From contig CAWELD010000010.1 of the NCBI GenBank assembly GCA_963809895.1, positions 768,001-832,000 of the forward strand: a stretch of 64,000 nucleotides of DNA, in the 5' to 3' direction. This DNA is from an uncultured Gemmatimonadales bacterium. Its GTDB lineage: Bacteria; Gemmatimonadota; Gemmatimonadetes; Longimicrobiales; Gaopeijiaceae. The stretch's first letter is position 1. Each line of letters starts with the position of its first letter. The notes under the pieces were generated by a model, which did no database searches, was not told the DNA's origin, and worked only from the letters and a program-made list of their open reading frames with translations. Shown here piece by piece: positions 21,027 to 29,797 of this stretch. A program made the position numbers and the translations under genes.

Positions 21027-21060
21027 GGCCCCGCCGCCGGTGACCAACCGGGGCGGGGCC
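21027..21060. terminator. GC-rich hairpin between convergent genes
   Basis: GGCCCCGCC...GGCGGGGCC stem between the rhomboid and DUF2892 stops. Confidence 0.55.
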
Positions 21061-21065
21061 GGCAA

Positions 21066-21278
21066 TCAGACCTTGGCGCGGCAGGTTTCGATGCCCAGGA
21101 CCTTGTATGCGGGACAGAAGCCCACGGCGGCGGTCACCAGCAGGACCAGGCCCACCGCACCGGCCACCCAGCTCCAGGGAGCGGCGAGCATGCCGCTCAT
21201 GAATCCAAGCCAGAGCAGGGCCAGGCCGGCGACGACCCGCACGCCGCGATCCAGGCCACCTTCGTTCACCTTGAACAT
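21066..21278 (-). CDS. DUF2892 (YgaP-like) small membrane protein
   Basis: NEGGLDRGVRVVAG, two TM helices, GFCPAYKVLGIETC; GGAGG RBS. Confidence 0.88.
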   Translation of the reverse strand: MFKVNEGGLDRGVRVVAGLALLWLGFMSGMLAAPWSWVAGAVGLVLLVTAAVGFCPAYKVLGIETCRAKV

Positions 21279-21389
21279 GTCGAGGCCTCCGTGGCGAGAC
21301 TCGGGAACGGGGGTACGCACTCAATCTGACGCGGGGCCCCCGGGCCGTCTGTCGGGTGGGGGCTGCCGGCGCCTGTGGGGAGCCTCCCC

Positions 21390-22010
21390 ATGAGCGGCGG
21401 GGGCGGGTACCCCATTCCCGCGCGCACGCGCCGGGTCGAGGAGACCATCCAGCGGAGTCGCTTCATCACGGCGGTGGCGCACGCGCCCAACGCCGACGCC
21501 GCCCAGGCGTTCCTCCAGTCCATGCGCGACGAGTTTCCCGACGCCACCCATCACTGCTGGGCCTTCGTGGCGGGCCCCCCGGGCAGCACCACCACCATCG
21601 GCATGAGCGACGACGGCGAACCCCACGGCACCGCAGGGCGTCCCATGCTCACGACGCTCCTGCACTCCGGCGTGGGCGAGATCGTGGCCGTGTGCACGCG
21701 CTACTACGGGGGCACCAAGCTGGGCACCGGCGGGCTGAGCCGGGCCTATTCCGGTGGGGTGAAGCTGGCGCTGGACGGGTTGGAGCTGGAAGACCGGATC
21801 GACCGGGCCCTTCTCGAAGTCGAGGTCGGGTACGCCCACGTGGACGGCTTGCAGCGGCTCCTGGACGAGGTGGACGGCCTGCTCGCCCAGGAGGGCTACG
21901 GCGCCAGCGTGCGCTACGAGGTGGCGGTGCCGGAGACGGCGCTGCCCCGCTTCGAGCGGGCCCTCGCCGATCTCACCTCGGGCGAGGGCAAGGTCCGCCG
22001 CCTGCGCTGA
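21390..22010 (+). CDS. yigZ: YigZ/IMPACT-family protein
   Basis: IQRSRFI, ATHHCWAF, SDDGEPHGTAGRP, RYYGGTKLGTGGL. Confidence 0.92.
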   Translation: MSGGGGYPIPARTRRVEETIQRSRFITAVAHAPNADAAQAFLQSMRDEFPDATHHCWAFVAGPPGSTTTIGMSDDGEPHGTAGRPMLTTLLHSGVGEIVAVCTRYYGGTKLGTGGLSRAYSGGVKLALDGLELEDRIDRALLEVEVGYAHVDGLQRLLDEVDGLLAQEGYGASVRYEVAVPETALPRFERALADLTSGEGKVRRLR

Positions 22011-22040
22011 GCCTGGATTCCCCGGGGCTCGGGGCGGAGG

Positions 22041-22697
22041 TCAGGGGTAGAGGCGCACGGTGCTCCAGCCGCCGCCCTCGCCCCGGGTCCAGAGCCAGCG
22101 GTCGTGGAGGCGGTCGGCGCGGCCCTGCCAGAACTCGATCCGCTGCGGTACCACCCGGTAGCCTCCCCAGAACGGGGGCAGCGGCACTTCGTCTCCGTCG
22201 AAGCGGGCCTCCAGGTCTCTCACGCGGGCCTCGAGCTCCCTGCGCTCGGCCAGGGTCCTGCTCTGCTTCGAGGCCCACGCACCGATACGGCTGCCGCGTC
22301 CACGCGTGCGGAAGTACGCGGCCGATTCCTCCTGGCTGACACGCTCCACGGGGCCCTCCACCCGGACCTGTCGCTCCAGGATCGCCCAGTGGAAGACCAG
22401 CGCCGCCCGGGGATTCGCTTCCAGCTCGTGGGCCTTCCGGCTCTCGTAGTTGGTGTAGAAGGAGAATCCCCGATCGTCGACCCCCTTGAGGAGCACCATG
22501 CGGGCCGATGGACGGCCCTCGGCGGTGGCGGTCGCCAGCGTCATGGCCTCGGGAAGGAAGAGCCCCGCTTCCTGCGCCTCACGGAACCAGTTCCGGAAGA
22601 GATCGACGGGGTTCTCGTCGCCTTTCGGGTCCGGCAGACCCACCGCGACACCGCGGCCGAACGTCCACAGAGCACGGAGTCGAGAGACGAGGGACAT
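22041..22697 (-). CDS. pdxH: Pyridoxamine 5'-phosphate oxidase
   Basis: PSARMVLLK, FYTNYESRK, RQVRVEG, WGGYRV, EFWQGRADRLHDR, RLYP. Confidence 0.96.
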   Translation of the reverse strand: MSLVSRLRALWTFGRGVAVGLPDPKGDENPVDLFRNWFREAQEAGLFLPEAMTLATATAEGRPSARMVLLKGVDDRGFSFYTNYESRKAHELEANPRAALVFHWAILERQVRVEGPVERVSQEESAAYFRTRGRGSRIGAWASKQSRTLAERRELEARVRDLEARFDGDEVPLPPFWGGYRVVPQRIEFWQGRADRLHDRWLWTRGEGGGWSTVRLYP

Positions 22698-22775
22698 GAG
22701 ACGATCCTGTTTCGCGCCGGGGATGGCGCCTTAGATTCTCTGGTGTACGGTGGTCATTCCACGAACCTCCGCCCG

Positions 22776-23186
22776 GTGAGCACGATCGTGACAGCCAACG
22801 AAGACGACGACAAGGGCCGGGTAGTCCGCGTCCTGCTGGTTGATGACGACCCGAACATCCTGAACGTGTTCCGGTCCGGGCTGGAGTTGCACGGCTTCGA
22901 GGTCGTCACCGCGTCATCCAGTCAGGAAGCCATGGAAACGGCGAGCTCGGTTTCCGAGCCCCTGGATGTGCTGGTGGTCGACATCAACCTGCCCGACGGC
23001 TTCGGCTCGAGCCTGGCGCTGGGTCTGCGGCAGGTCCATCCCGACACGAAGATCGTCTACATGTCGGGCTACGCGCGGCACGATCCCATTCTGCAACAGG
23101 GCATCGAGGAGCACATGGTCTTCCTCAACAAGCCCTTCTCCATTGCCGAGCTGGCCTCTACCATCCGGCGGGTGGTCGAGGATTGA
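22776..23186 (+). CDS. Single-domain response regulator (start approximate)
   Basis: VLLVDDD, LVVDINLPDG, YMSGY, FLNKPF. Confidence 0.85.
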   Translation: MSTIVTANEDDDKGRVVRVLLVDDDPNILNVFRSGLELHGFEVVTASSSQEAMETASSVSEPLDVLVVDINLPDGFGSSLALGLRQVHPDTKIVYMSGYARHDPILQQGIEEHMVFLNKPFSIAELASTIRRVVED

Positions 23187-23205
23187 CGCCGCTGCCCGCC
23201 GCGTC

Positions 23206-23982
23206 TCAGAAGATGCGGATGCCCAGGAGCAGGCTCGACGTGATGATGGCCCCGTAGCGGAAGACCTGACTCCAGATCCTCCGGTTGGGCTTCTCGGGCA
23301 CCTCGATGAGGTCGCCGGCTCTGAGCCCGAGCTGATCCAGGGAGCGGCCGTCCTGCAACGCCTTGGCCACCTGTTCGCCCTCCATGAGGGTTTCCGGGCC
23401 GCGTTCCAGCTTGATCTTGTCCATGTCGGCTTCGCGGCTCGGGGCGCCGGCCTCCATGAGGGCGTCGCTCAGGAGCATGTCCGACGGAAGGACGTAGAAG
23501 CCCGGGGTGCCGATCTGTCCCTGGAGCTGGAGTCGCACCATGGACTGCGTGCGCACCTTGGGCTCCTGGATGTAGCGGGCCAGCTCCTTGGTGAGGTGCT
23601 CCTGGAGCTCCGCACGGAGCACGCCCTTGAGCGGGATGTTGCCGATATCGGGCAGCGTGATGCTCGGACCGGGCTCCACCACCAGGGTGTCGGGCAGCTC
23701 GGTCTCACCCTCGACCTGCAGCCAGATCCGGTCTCCCACCCGGAAGTCTCCCTGCTCGAGCCGCTCGCGGATACGGGTCGCCTCGTCGCGGGCGTCGCTC
23801 CGCACCCCGCCGGAGTACGCCGACGAGTTGGCGACGGCCTCGTAGCGGGCCAGGAGGTCCTGTAGCTCCGTACGGGTCACGTGCAGTCGAGCCGGATCCC
23901 AGTCCTCCGGGGATTGCTGACCCCGGACAGAGACCGGGAGGGTGAGCGTCAGGGCCAGCAGGGGCCAGAGGATACGTCGCAT
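23206..23982 (-). CDS. Polysaccharide export protein (Wza-like, Poly_export plus SLBB)
   Basis: Signal peptide MRRILWPLLALTLTLPVSVRG; FRVGDRI, ITLPDIGNI, GQIGTPG, LRAGDLIEVP; C-terminal hydrophobic helix. Confidence 0.82.
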   Translation of the reverse strand: MRRILWPLLALTLTLPVSVRGQQSPEDWDPARLHVTRTELQDLLARYEAVANSSAYSGGVRSDARDEATRIRERLEQGDFRVGDRIWLQVEGETELPDTLVVEPGPSITLPDIGNIPLKGVLRAELQEHLTKELARYIQEPKVRTQSMVRLQLQGQIGTPGFYVLPSDMLLSDALMEAGAPSREADMDKIKLERGPETLMEGEQVAKALQDGRSLDQLGLRAGDLIEVPEKPNRRIWSQVFRYGAIITSSLLLGIRIF

Positions 23983-24027
23983 CAGGATTCGGGGTCTGGA
24001 GTGGTCGATGTGTTCGAGACGAGCGAG

Positions 24028-24043
24028 TGCACGTCGCTTGCCG
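24028..24043 (-). promoter_or_regulatory. Sigma-54 promoter for the wza-like gene
   Basis: Minus strand CGGCAAGCGACGTGCA (GG-N10-GC). Confidence 0.55.
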
Positions 24044-24179
24044 CGATCCCGATCGTGCTGGTCCGTCATGGTCATTTGTACTCCTCAGGCGGCGCGAAGA
24101 GCCGGTGGAGTGAGGGGCCCGGCTTCTCGGGTGTCCGGCTTCGGCATCCGCGGCCGGCAGGGGTCAAGGCTCCGTGAAT

Positions 24180-24218
24180 CGTTGCACGATCGCAACAATA
24201 TCTTGCGCTCACGCATCA
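24180..24218. promoter_or_regulatory. Candidate tandem enhancer (UAS) sites
   Basis: CGTTGC-N6-GCAACA at 24180 and TCTTGC-N6-GCATCA at 24201. Confidence 0.55.
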
Positions 24219-24292
24219 GAAATCGCACTCTCGTCTCCTCGAAGCTGCAACGATTTCGCGTCGCCTTTGCCACCGCACGACGGGGCCGGGGC

Positions 24293-24308
24293 AAGCACGG
24301 ATCTTGCT
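24293..24308 (+). promoter_or_regulatory. Near-canonical sigma-54 promoter for the REC-GGDEF gene
   Basis: AAGCACGGATCTTGCT; AG instead of GG at -25/-24, otherwise consensus. Confidence 0.4.
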
Positions 24309-24362
24309 TCTGAGGTCGACAACACCTTCCTCCATCTCCTGCGCGGCAGGCTTCGGGCGTCC

Positions 24363-25277
24363 ATGACCCAGGAACCATCGTTTACTCCCCTGGTGCTCCT
24401 CATCGAGGACCAGGAGTGGACCGCGCGGTCCCTCGAGAGCATCCTGAATCCCAACGGGTACGCCGTGTTCAAGGCGTACACCGGGCGCCAGGGATTGGAC
24501 ATCCTGCGCAAGATGATTCCGGACGTGATCCTGGTGAACCTGCGCCTGCCCGACATGACCGCGCTGGATGTGCTCAGGCGCCTGCGCACGATTCCGACGG
24601 TGTTCCCGTCCACGCCCCGCGTGGTGCTCACCACGGGCGCCATCTCCCACGCCGAGCGCATGCAGGTGCTCGAGGAGGGAGCCTGGGACGTGTTGAACCC
24701 CCCGTTCGATTCCCAGGACCTGACGGCCCGCATGGCGAACTGGGCCCGCGCCAAGCGCGACGCGGACCAGGCCCGGGACAACGGCCTCGTGGATCCCCTC
24801 ACCGGTCTGTACAACTTCAACGGACTCCTCCGTCGCATCGAGGAAATCGTGTCCGATGCCTCGCGCAACGAGCGCTACATCTCGTTCGTCATGGTGGGCC
24901 CGGCGTCGGCCGAAGAGCCCATCGTGCTCGAGACGCCCGACGAGAAGGGCGACGTGGCCAAACACCTCGGTCGCGCCCTGGCCTCCACGCTGCGCCTGTC
25001 CGACGCTGTCGGCCGCGTGGGCGAGACCGAGTTCGTGGTCATCGCCCCGGGAACCGACGAGCAGGGAGGGTCCATCCTGGCGCGACGGATCCTGGATGCC
25101 ATCCGGCACGAAGAGGATCTCGTGTCGCTCCGGGCCGGGGTCTACTCGGTGCGCAGGTCTCAGCTCGAGCCGATCTCCTCGCTCGACCTGCTCAGCCGAG
25201 CCACCGCGGCCCTGCGGCAGGCCCAGTCCCAGGGCGGGGACGAGGGGAACGGAGTCCGGTCGTTCCAGTTGAACTGA
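24363..25277 (+). CDS. Pseudo-receiver plus degenerate GGDEF protein
   Basis: REC with VILVNLRLPD (Asp to Asn) and no KPF lysine; DPLTGLYN; RLSD-x5-GETEF. Confidence 0.85.
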   Translation: MTQEPSFTPLVLLIEDQEWTARSLESILNPNGYAVFKAYTGRQGLDILRKMIPDVILVNLRLPDMTALDVLRRLRTIPTVFPSTPRVVLTTGAISHAERMQVLEEGAWDVLNPPFDSQDLTARMANWARAKRDADQARDNGLVDPLTGLYNFNGLLRRIEEIVSDASRNERYISFVMVGPASAEEPIVLETPDEKGDVAKHLGRALASTLRLSDAVGRVGETEFVVIAPGTDEQGGSILARRILDAIRHEEDLVSLRAGVYSVRRSQLEPISSLDLLSRATAALRQAQSQGGDEGNGVRSFQLN

Positions 25278-25359
25278 CGGGCGCCGTCGCCGGCGCTGCG
25301 GCCGCCACCTGACCGTTCCTCCCCTCGCCCCACGCACCTGGGGACCAGGCCTGTAAGTC

Positions 25360-27765
25360 CTACATGGTCACCACCCGAGTCTCTTCCGGCTCCTCTCCTG
25401 GACGATATCCCGGCAGGTAGTAGGAGTAGTACCGGTAGGCTCCGTATGCGGACCCCGGTTCGATGTCGTTGAGCACGGCGCCCAGCAGCCGCACGGGCAG
25501 CCGGTAGAACGCCTCCATCTTCGCGCGGGCCAACTCCTTGTGGGTGCTGCCCGAACGCAGGACGATGAGCACGTTACCAGTGAGGGCGCCGATGATGAAC
25601 GCGTCGCTTCCCGCCGTCATGGGCGGTGAGTCGATGAGGATGACTTCGTAGCGGCGCTTGGCGGCGGCCAGAAGCTCCTGCATGTCCCGTGAGCTCAGGA
25701 GCTCGGGGGACTCCGTGAAGCGGGATCCGCACGGGAGGAAGTGCAGATTGTCGTGCTTGGTCTTCTGGATGGCCGAGCCGTCGACCTTGCGCTGGAAGAG
25801 GTCCGTGAGCCCCGGCTTGCGGTTCGCCTCGAACAGGTCGTGCATGTCACCGCGCCGCGTGTCGGCGTCGATGATCAGCGTCTTGCGGCCGAGCTGGGCG
25901 AAGGTGATGCCCAGGTTGGCGGAGACGAAGGTCTTGCCCTCGCCGCTCTCGGGGCTGGTGACCGACAGGATCAGCGGGCGGGTGTTGCCGTAGGCGTACT
26001 GCACACGCATGCGGATCTCGCGGAAGGCCTCCAGCACGACCTCGGCGTTGCCACGCTTGGCGGCCTTGACCTTCGGCACCGCGCCCAGGATCTCGAGCCC
26101 CATGGCCCGACTGACCTCGGTGGGATAGCGGAGGCGCGGATCGAAGGTGTCCAGCCCGACGGCCGCCAGCGCACCCAGCGCCACGCAGCCCAGGAAGGCC
26201 AGCGCGAACCAACGCACCCGGTCGTCGCGCGACGGCACCGTGGGCACGCTCGGGAAGTCGATGACCTGGAGGTCGTTGGCCGTGTTGGCCTTTGCGAGCT
26301 GAGAGGTGTTCAGCCGGCTCAGGACCTCCTGGTAGAGCGCGTTGGCCGAGGCCACCTCCTGCTGGAGCGTGGCCTCGCGGATGGACCGCGGCGGAATGCG
26401 CCTCAGTTCATCGGCCCTGGAGTCGAGGGTGGCCCGGAGGTCGGCCTCCTGCGACTGGAGGCGCCCGATGAGCTGGCGGGTGAGCGACGGGATGTCGCGC
26501 TGCTCGATCTGCTCGATGCGCGAGTCCAGGTCCTGCACGGCCGGATACTCGGGGGTGTAGCGTTGCAGGAGTTCGCGGCGCTCGCTCCGCTTGCTCACCA
26601 GGTCGCTCAGCGCCTGCTTCATCTCCGTGGAGTTGGCGACGGCCGGGATGATCTCGAAGCGCTCGACCCGCACCCCCTCGCTGGGGATGGACTCCAGGAG
26701 CCCCTGGAGCTGCTCGCGGTCCCGGCGCAGATCGTCGAGCTCCTGACGCTTGCTGAAGAAGTCGTTGAAGACGGTGTTCGTGGTCTGAGCCAGTCCCGCG
26801 GCCACCGGCGCGGATTCCTCGGTGGGCAGCGTGACGGTGTTGACCTTGAAGCTTTCGAAGGTGTTGCGAGCCGAGTCGAGCTTCGCTTCCGCGCTGGTCA
26901 ACTGGTTTCGTGTGTTCACGATCTGGGTGTCGAGCTGCGCGCGCTTGAGGCTCAGCGCCACCTCCAGGAGCCGGTCCATGACCGACTGCAGGACGCCGGT
27001 GATCCGCTCCGGGTCCTCCCCTTCCAGCGACAGCGTCATGAAGTTGCCGTCGCGGGTGATGCTGGCATTGATGCGTTCCCGGAGCTGGCGCGCCGCGTCC
27101 TGGGGCGTGACCACACGGAACTCGATCACGCGCCCGGGCGTCAGCTCGGAGGCCGGGGGCTGCCAGCGGAATCCCAGCTCGACGCCCACGGAGTCGCCCA
27201 CGGCGCCCCGCTCGAGCTCCACACCGTCGTCGGTGAACAACGTCCAGCTACCGCCGCCTTCGGCGACCTCGAGCTTGTAGCTTCCGACCCGGTACACGAA
27301 CTGGTCGGGGCGCTCGCCCCTGTTCACCTCGAAGTCCGCCAGGGCGTCGGCGTTCTCCGGTGCGGTCTGCACGTAGAGCCGCTCCTTGATCACCACCGGG
27401 TTCAGGACCGCGTTGGTACGCATCAAGTCCTGGTAGGCGGCGCCGTTCAGCAGCTCACTCTGCTGAATCGGGCCCGGGATGCCGGTGTTGGAGGACTGCA
27501 CGATCCAGAACTGCCCCTCGGTCTGATAGCGGGGCACGCCCAGGCGGTACGCCAACATGCCCGCACCCGCACCCACCACCACGGACAGGAGGAGGAGCCA
27601 GCGGTAGCGCTGCAGCGAGGCCAGGATGCGCTTGAGGGCCTGGCTGTTGTCGCCCTCCTCTTCGGGCTCGGGTCCCATCCACGGTTCGGCGGCACCCGCG
27701 TACTGGGGCGGACCAACCTGGCCCGATTCCTCTACGGGAACCGGCGGGCGTGCATCTTCGCTCAT
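25360..27765 (-). CDS. wzc: Polysaccharide co-polymerase / tyrosine autokinase (Wzc family)
   Basis: Two TM segments flanking a long coiled periplasmic region; Walker A PESGEGKT, IIDADTRR, ILIDSPP; Tyr cluster AYGAYRYYSYY. Confidence 0.92.
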   Translation of the reverse strand: MSEDARPPVPVEESGQVGPPQYAGAAEPWMGPEPEEEGDNSQALKRILASLQRYRWLLLLSVVVGAGAGMLAYRLGVPRYQTEGQFWIVQSSNTGIPGPIQQSELLNGAAYQDLMRTNAVLNPVVIKERLYVQTAPENADALADFEVNRGERPDQFVYRVGSYKLEVAEGGGSWTLFTDDGVELERGAVGDSVGVELGFRWQPPASELTPGRVIEFRVVTPQDAARQLRERINASITRDGNFMTLSLEGEDPERITGVLQSVMDRLLEVALSLKRAQLDTQIVNTRNQLTSAEAKLDSARNTFESFKVNTVTLPTEESAPVAAGLAQTTNTVFNDFFSKRQELDDLRRDREQLQGLLESIPSEGVRVERFEIIPAVANSTEMKQALSDLVSKRSERRELLQRYTPEYPAVQDLDSRIEQIEQRDIPSLTRQLIGRLQSQEADLRATLDSRADELRRIPPRSIREATLQQEVASANALYQEVLSRLNTSQLAKANTANDLQVIDFPSVPTVPSRDDRVRWFALAFLGCVALGALAAVGLDTFDPRLRYPTEVSRAMGLEILGAVPKVKAAKRGNAEVVLEAFREIRMRVQYAYGNTRPLILSVTSPESGEGKTFVSANLGITFAQLGRKTLIIDADTRRGDMHDLFEANRKPGLTDLFQRKVDGSAIQKTKHDNLHFLPCGSRFTESPELLSSRDMQELLAAAKRRYEVILIDSPPMTAGSDAFIIGALTGNVLIVLRSGSTHKELARAKMEAFYRLPVRLLGAVLNDIEPGSAYGAYRYYSYYLPGYRPGEEPEETRVVTM

Positions 27766-27851
27766 CGGGATCCGGCGTGTTCTGGTCGAATTCTGGGGGC
27801 GAGTCGGGCGCCTTCACGGCGCGCCGAACGCGGAGTGGTCCCCATTTCCCT

Positions 27852-27867
27852 AGCAGGAAGGATACCA
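27852..27867 (-). promoter_or_regulatory. Sigma-54 promoter for wzc
   Basis: Minus strand TGGTATCCTTCCTGCT (GG-N10-GC). Confidence 0.55.
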
Positions 27868-27968
27868 GCGGGGCCGCAGCAGGGAAACATTCGGGGTCAA
27901 CGGGCGCTTGTCGGGCGCCTGCGCGGAACGGCAGGTGGCGAAGAGTGATGGGCCAACGCCTCGCCGAG

Positions 27969-28034
27969 TGTTGCAGGATGCCAGAACTGTGGCATGAATG
28001 CGGCGCCTGTCGCTTCACCTCCGCACCCTGTTGC
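27969..28034. promoter_or_regulatory. Candidate enhancer array
   Basis: TGTnGC half-sites at 27969, 27988, 28008 and 28029 (19-21 bp period). Confidence 0.5.
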
Positions 28035-28084
28035 CCCTCAGATGCTTGCGTTTCCACGCCACGGAAGAAAGCTTTAGCCTACAA

Positions 28085-28100
28085 CGGCCCGATCGTTGCA
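28085..28100 (+). promoter_or_regulatory. Sigma-54 promoter for the activator/kinase operon
   Basis: CGGCCCGATCGTTGCA (GG-N10-GC with TTGCA). Confidence 0.65.
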
Positions 28101-28171
28101 AGCATCCCGCAGGTGTCGCGCGGAATTCGCTGCGCCGGGCCGTTCTCATCCACACCGAGGTGATTCTTGGC

Positions 28172-29707
28172 ATGACGACACCGTCGAACCAGGTCGGTTG
28201 GGCGGGAGCATATTCCCGGGGGCGCGGTAATGCGTCCGGGAGCGAGGATCCCGTTGCGGTACCGGCCGAGGTCAAGAAGACCATCTCGGTGCTGGTGGTG
28301 GACGACGAGCACACCTTGAGAGAGAGCTGTGCGTCGTTGCTCCGGTCCGAGGGATTCCAGACCGTCGATGCGTCGCGGGGCGAGGACGCCATCGAGCTCC
28401 TCAAGCGTCGCAAGTTCGACATCGTTCTCTCCGACATGTTCATGCCCAACGTCGGTGGGATGAAGATTCTGGAGTTCGTCCGCAAGGAGTCCCCCAACAC
28501 CCTGGTCATCCTGATGACCGGCAATCCCTCGGTGGAATCGAGCATCGAGGGACTGCGCGCGGGCGCGTGGGACTACCTGCCCAAGCCCTTCTCGGCCAGC
28601 CATCTCCACATCGTGGTGGGACGGGCCGCTCACACGGTCATGGTGAGCCGCGAGAGCAAGGAGTCGGGGGTCGACGTCGCCGGTGAGCTCGGACAGGGTG
28701 AGACCCGCATCCTCGGAATCTCGCCTCAGATCCACCAGGTCGTGTCGCTGGCGCGCAAGGTCGCCGCCACCGACGCCTCCGTGTTCATCACGGGTGAGAG
28801 TGGAACGGGAAAGGAGCTCATCGCCCACTTCATCCACGAGAACAGCAACCGCAAGACCAGGCAGCTGGTGCCGGTCAACTGCGCCGCCATGCCCGAGGCA
28901 CTGCTCGAGTCGGAGATGTTCGGGCACGTCCAGGGAGCGTTTACGGGTGCCGTCCGTGAAAAGAAGGGGCTCCTCGAAGTCGCTCACGGCGGCACCCTCT
29001 TCCTGGACGAGCTCACCGAGATGCCGGTGACCATCCAGGCCAAGCTGCTGCGGGTCATCCAGGACGGAGTCGTGCGCCGGGTGGGCAGCACGCGCACCGA
29101 CGCGGTCGTGAACGTGCGCTTCATCGCCGCCACGAACATCGATCCCGTCGAGGCGGTCCGGTCCGGCAATCTGCGCAAGGATCTCCACTACCGCCTGCGC
29201 GTGGTTCCGATCCAGATTCCTCCGCTGCGTGACCGGGTCGAAGACATCGCCATGCTGGCCGAGCACTTCCTGAAGGAGTTCTGGGTCATGCACCGGGGGG
29301 CGACCGAGGCTGCGCCGAGCCTGTCGGACTCGGCCCTGGACGCGTTGAGCTCCTGGCCATGGCGGGGGAACGTCCGGGAGCTCCGGAACGTGATCGAGCA
29401 CCTGGTGGTCCTGGCGGGACCCGGCGAGGAGGTGGGAGCGGACGCCGTTCCCTTCATCGCCGACGAGTTGGAGGAAGGCGGCGGCTTCGGGAGAATGTCG
29501 TTCCGGGATTCGTTTCGTGACGCCGACTACCACACGGCCCGGGACCGGGTTCTGGCGGAATTCGAGAAGGAGTACCTCGAATACGTCGTGCGCGAGGCGG
29601 GGGGCAACATCTCCGACGCGGCCCGCATGGCAGGGGTGGATCGGACCACGCTCTACCGCCTGATGGAGAAGCACGGGACGTCGAAGCGCGAGTTGCTGAG
29701 CAACTGA
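28172..29707 (+). CDS. Sigma-54-dependent response regulator (NtrC family; REC-AAA+-Fis HTH)
   Basis: VLSDMFMP receiver; GESGTGKE, ESEMFGH, GAFTGA, LFLDE, WRGNVREL; GVDRTTLYRL HTH; GAGGTGA RBS. Confidence 0.95.
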   Translation: MTTPSNQVGWAGAYSRGRGNASGSEDPVAVPAEVKKTISVLVVDDEHTLRESCASLLRSEGFQTVDASRGEDAIELLKRRKFDIVLSDMFMPNVGGMKILEFVRKESPNTLVILMTGNPSVESSIEGLRAGAWDYLPKPFSASHLHIVVGRAAHTVMVSRESKESGVDVAGELGQGETRILGISPQIHQVVSLARKVAATDASVFITGESGTGKELIAHFIHENSNRKTRQLVPVNCAAMPEALLESEMFGHVQGAFTGAVREKKGLLEVAHGGTLFLDELTEMPVTIQAKLLRVIQDGVVRRVGSTRTDAVVNVRFIAATNIDPVEAVRSGNLRKDLHYRLRVVPIQIPPLRDRVEDIAMLAEHFLKEFWVMHRGATEAAPSLSDSALDALSSWPWRGNVRELRNVIEHLVVLAGPGEEVGADAVPFIADELEEGGGFGRMSFRDSFRDADYHTARDRVLAEFEKEYLEYVVREAGGNISDAARMAGVDRTTLYRLMEKHGTSKRELLSN

Positions 29708-29797
29708 CCGCGTCCACGAGAGCGCCCATGTCCCCGCGTCGCGCGCCCGAAGCGGAGCCCGGCAGGGGTCTGCTGACTGATCTGGCCCGGGCCGTCG

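Noticed and set aside
27990..28004. TGGCATGAATGCGGC as a sigma-54 promoter
   Set aside because: Lacks TTGC, and a better promoter lies at 28085; treated as an enhancer site instead
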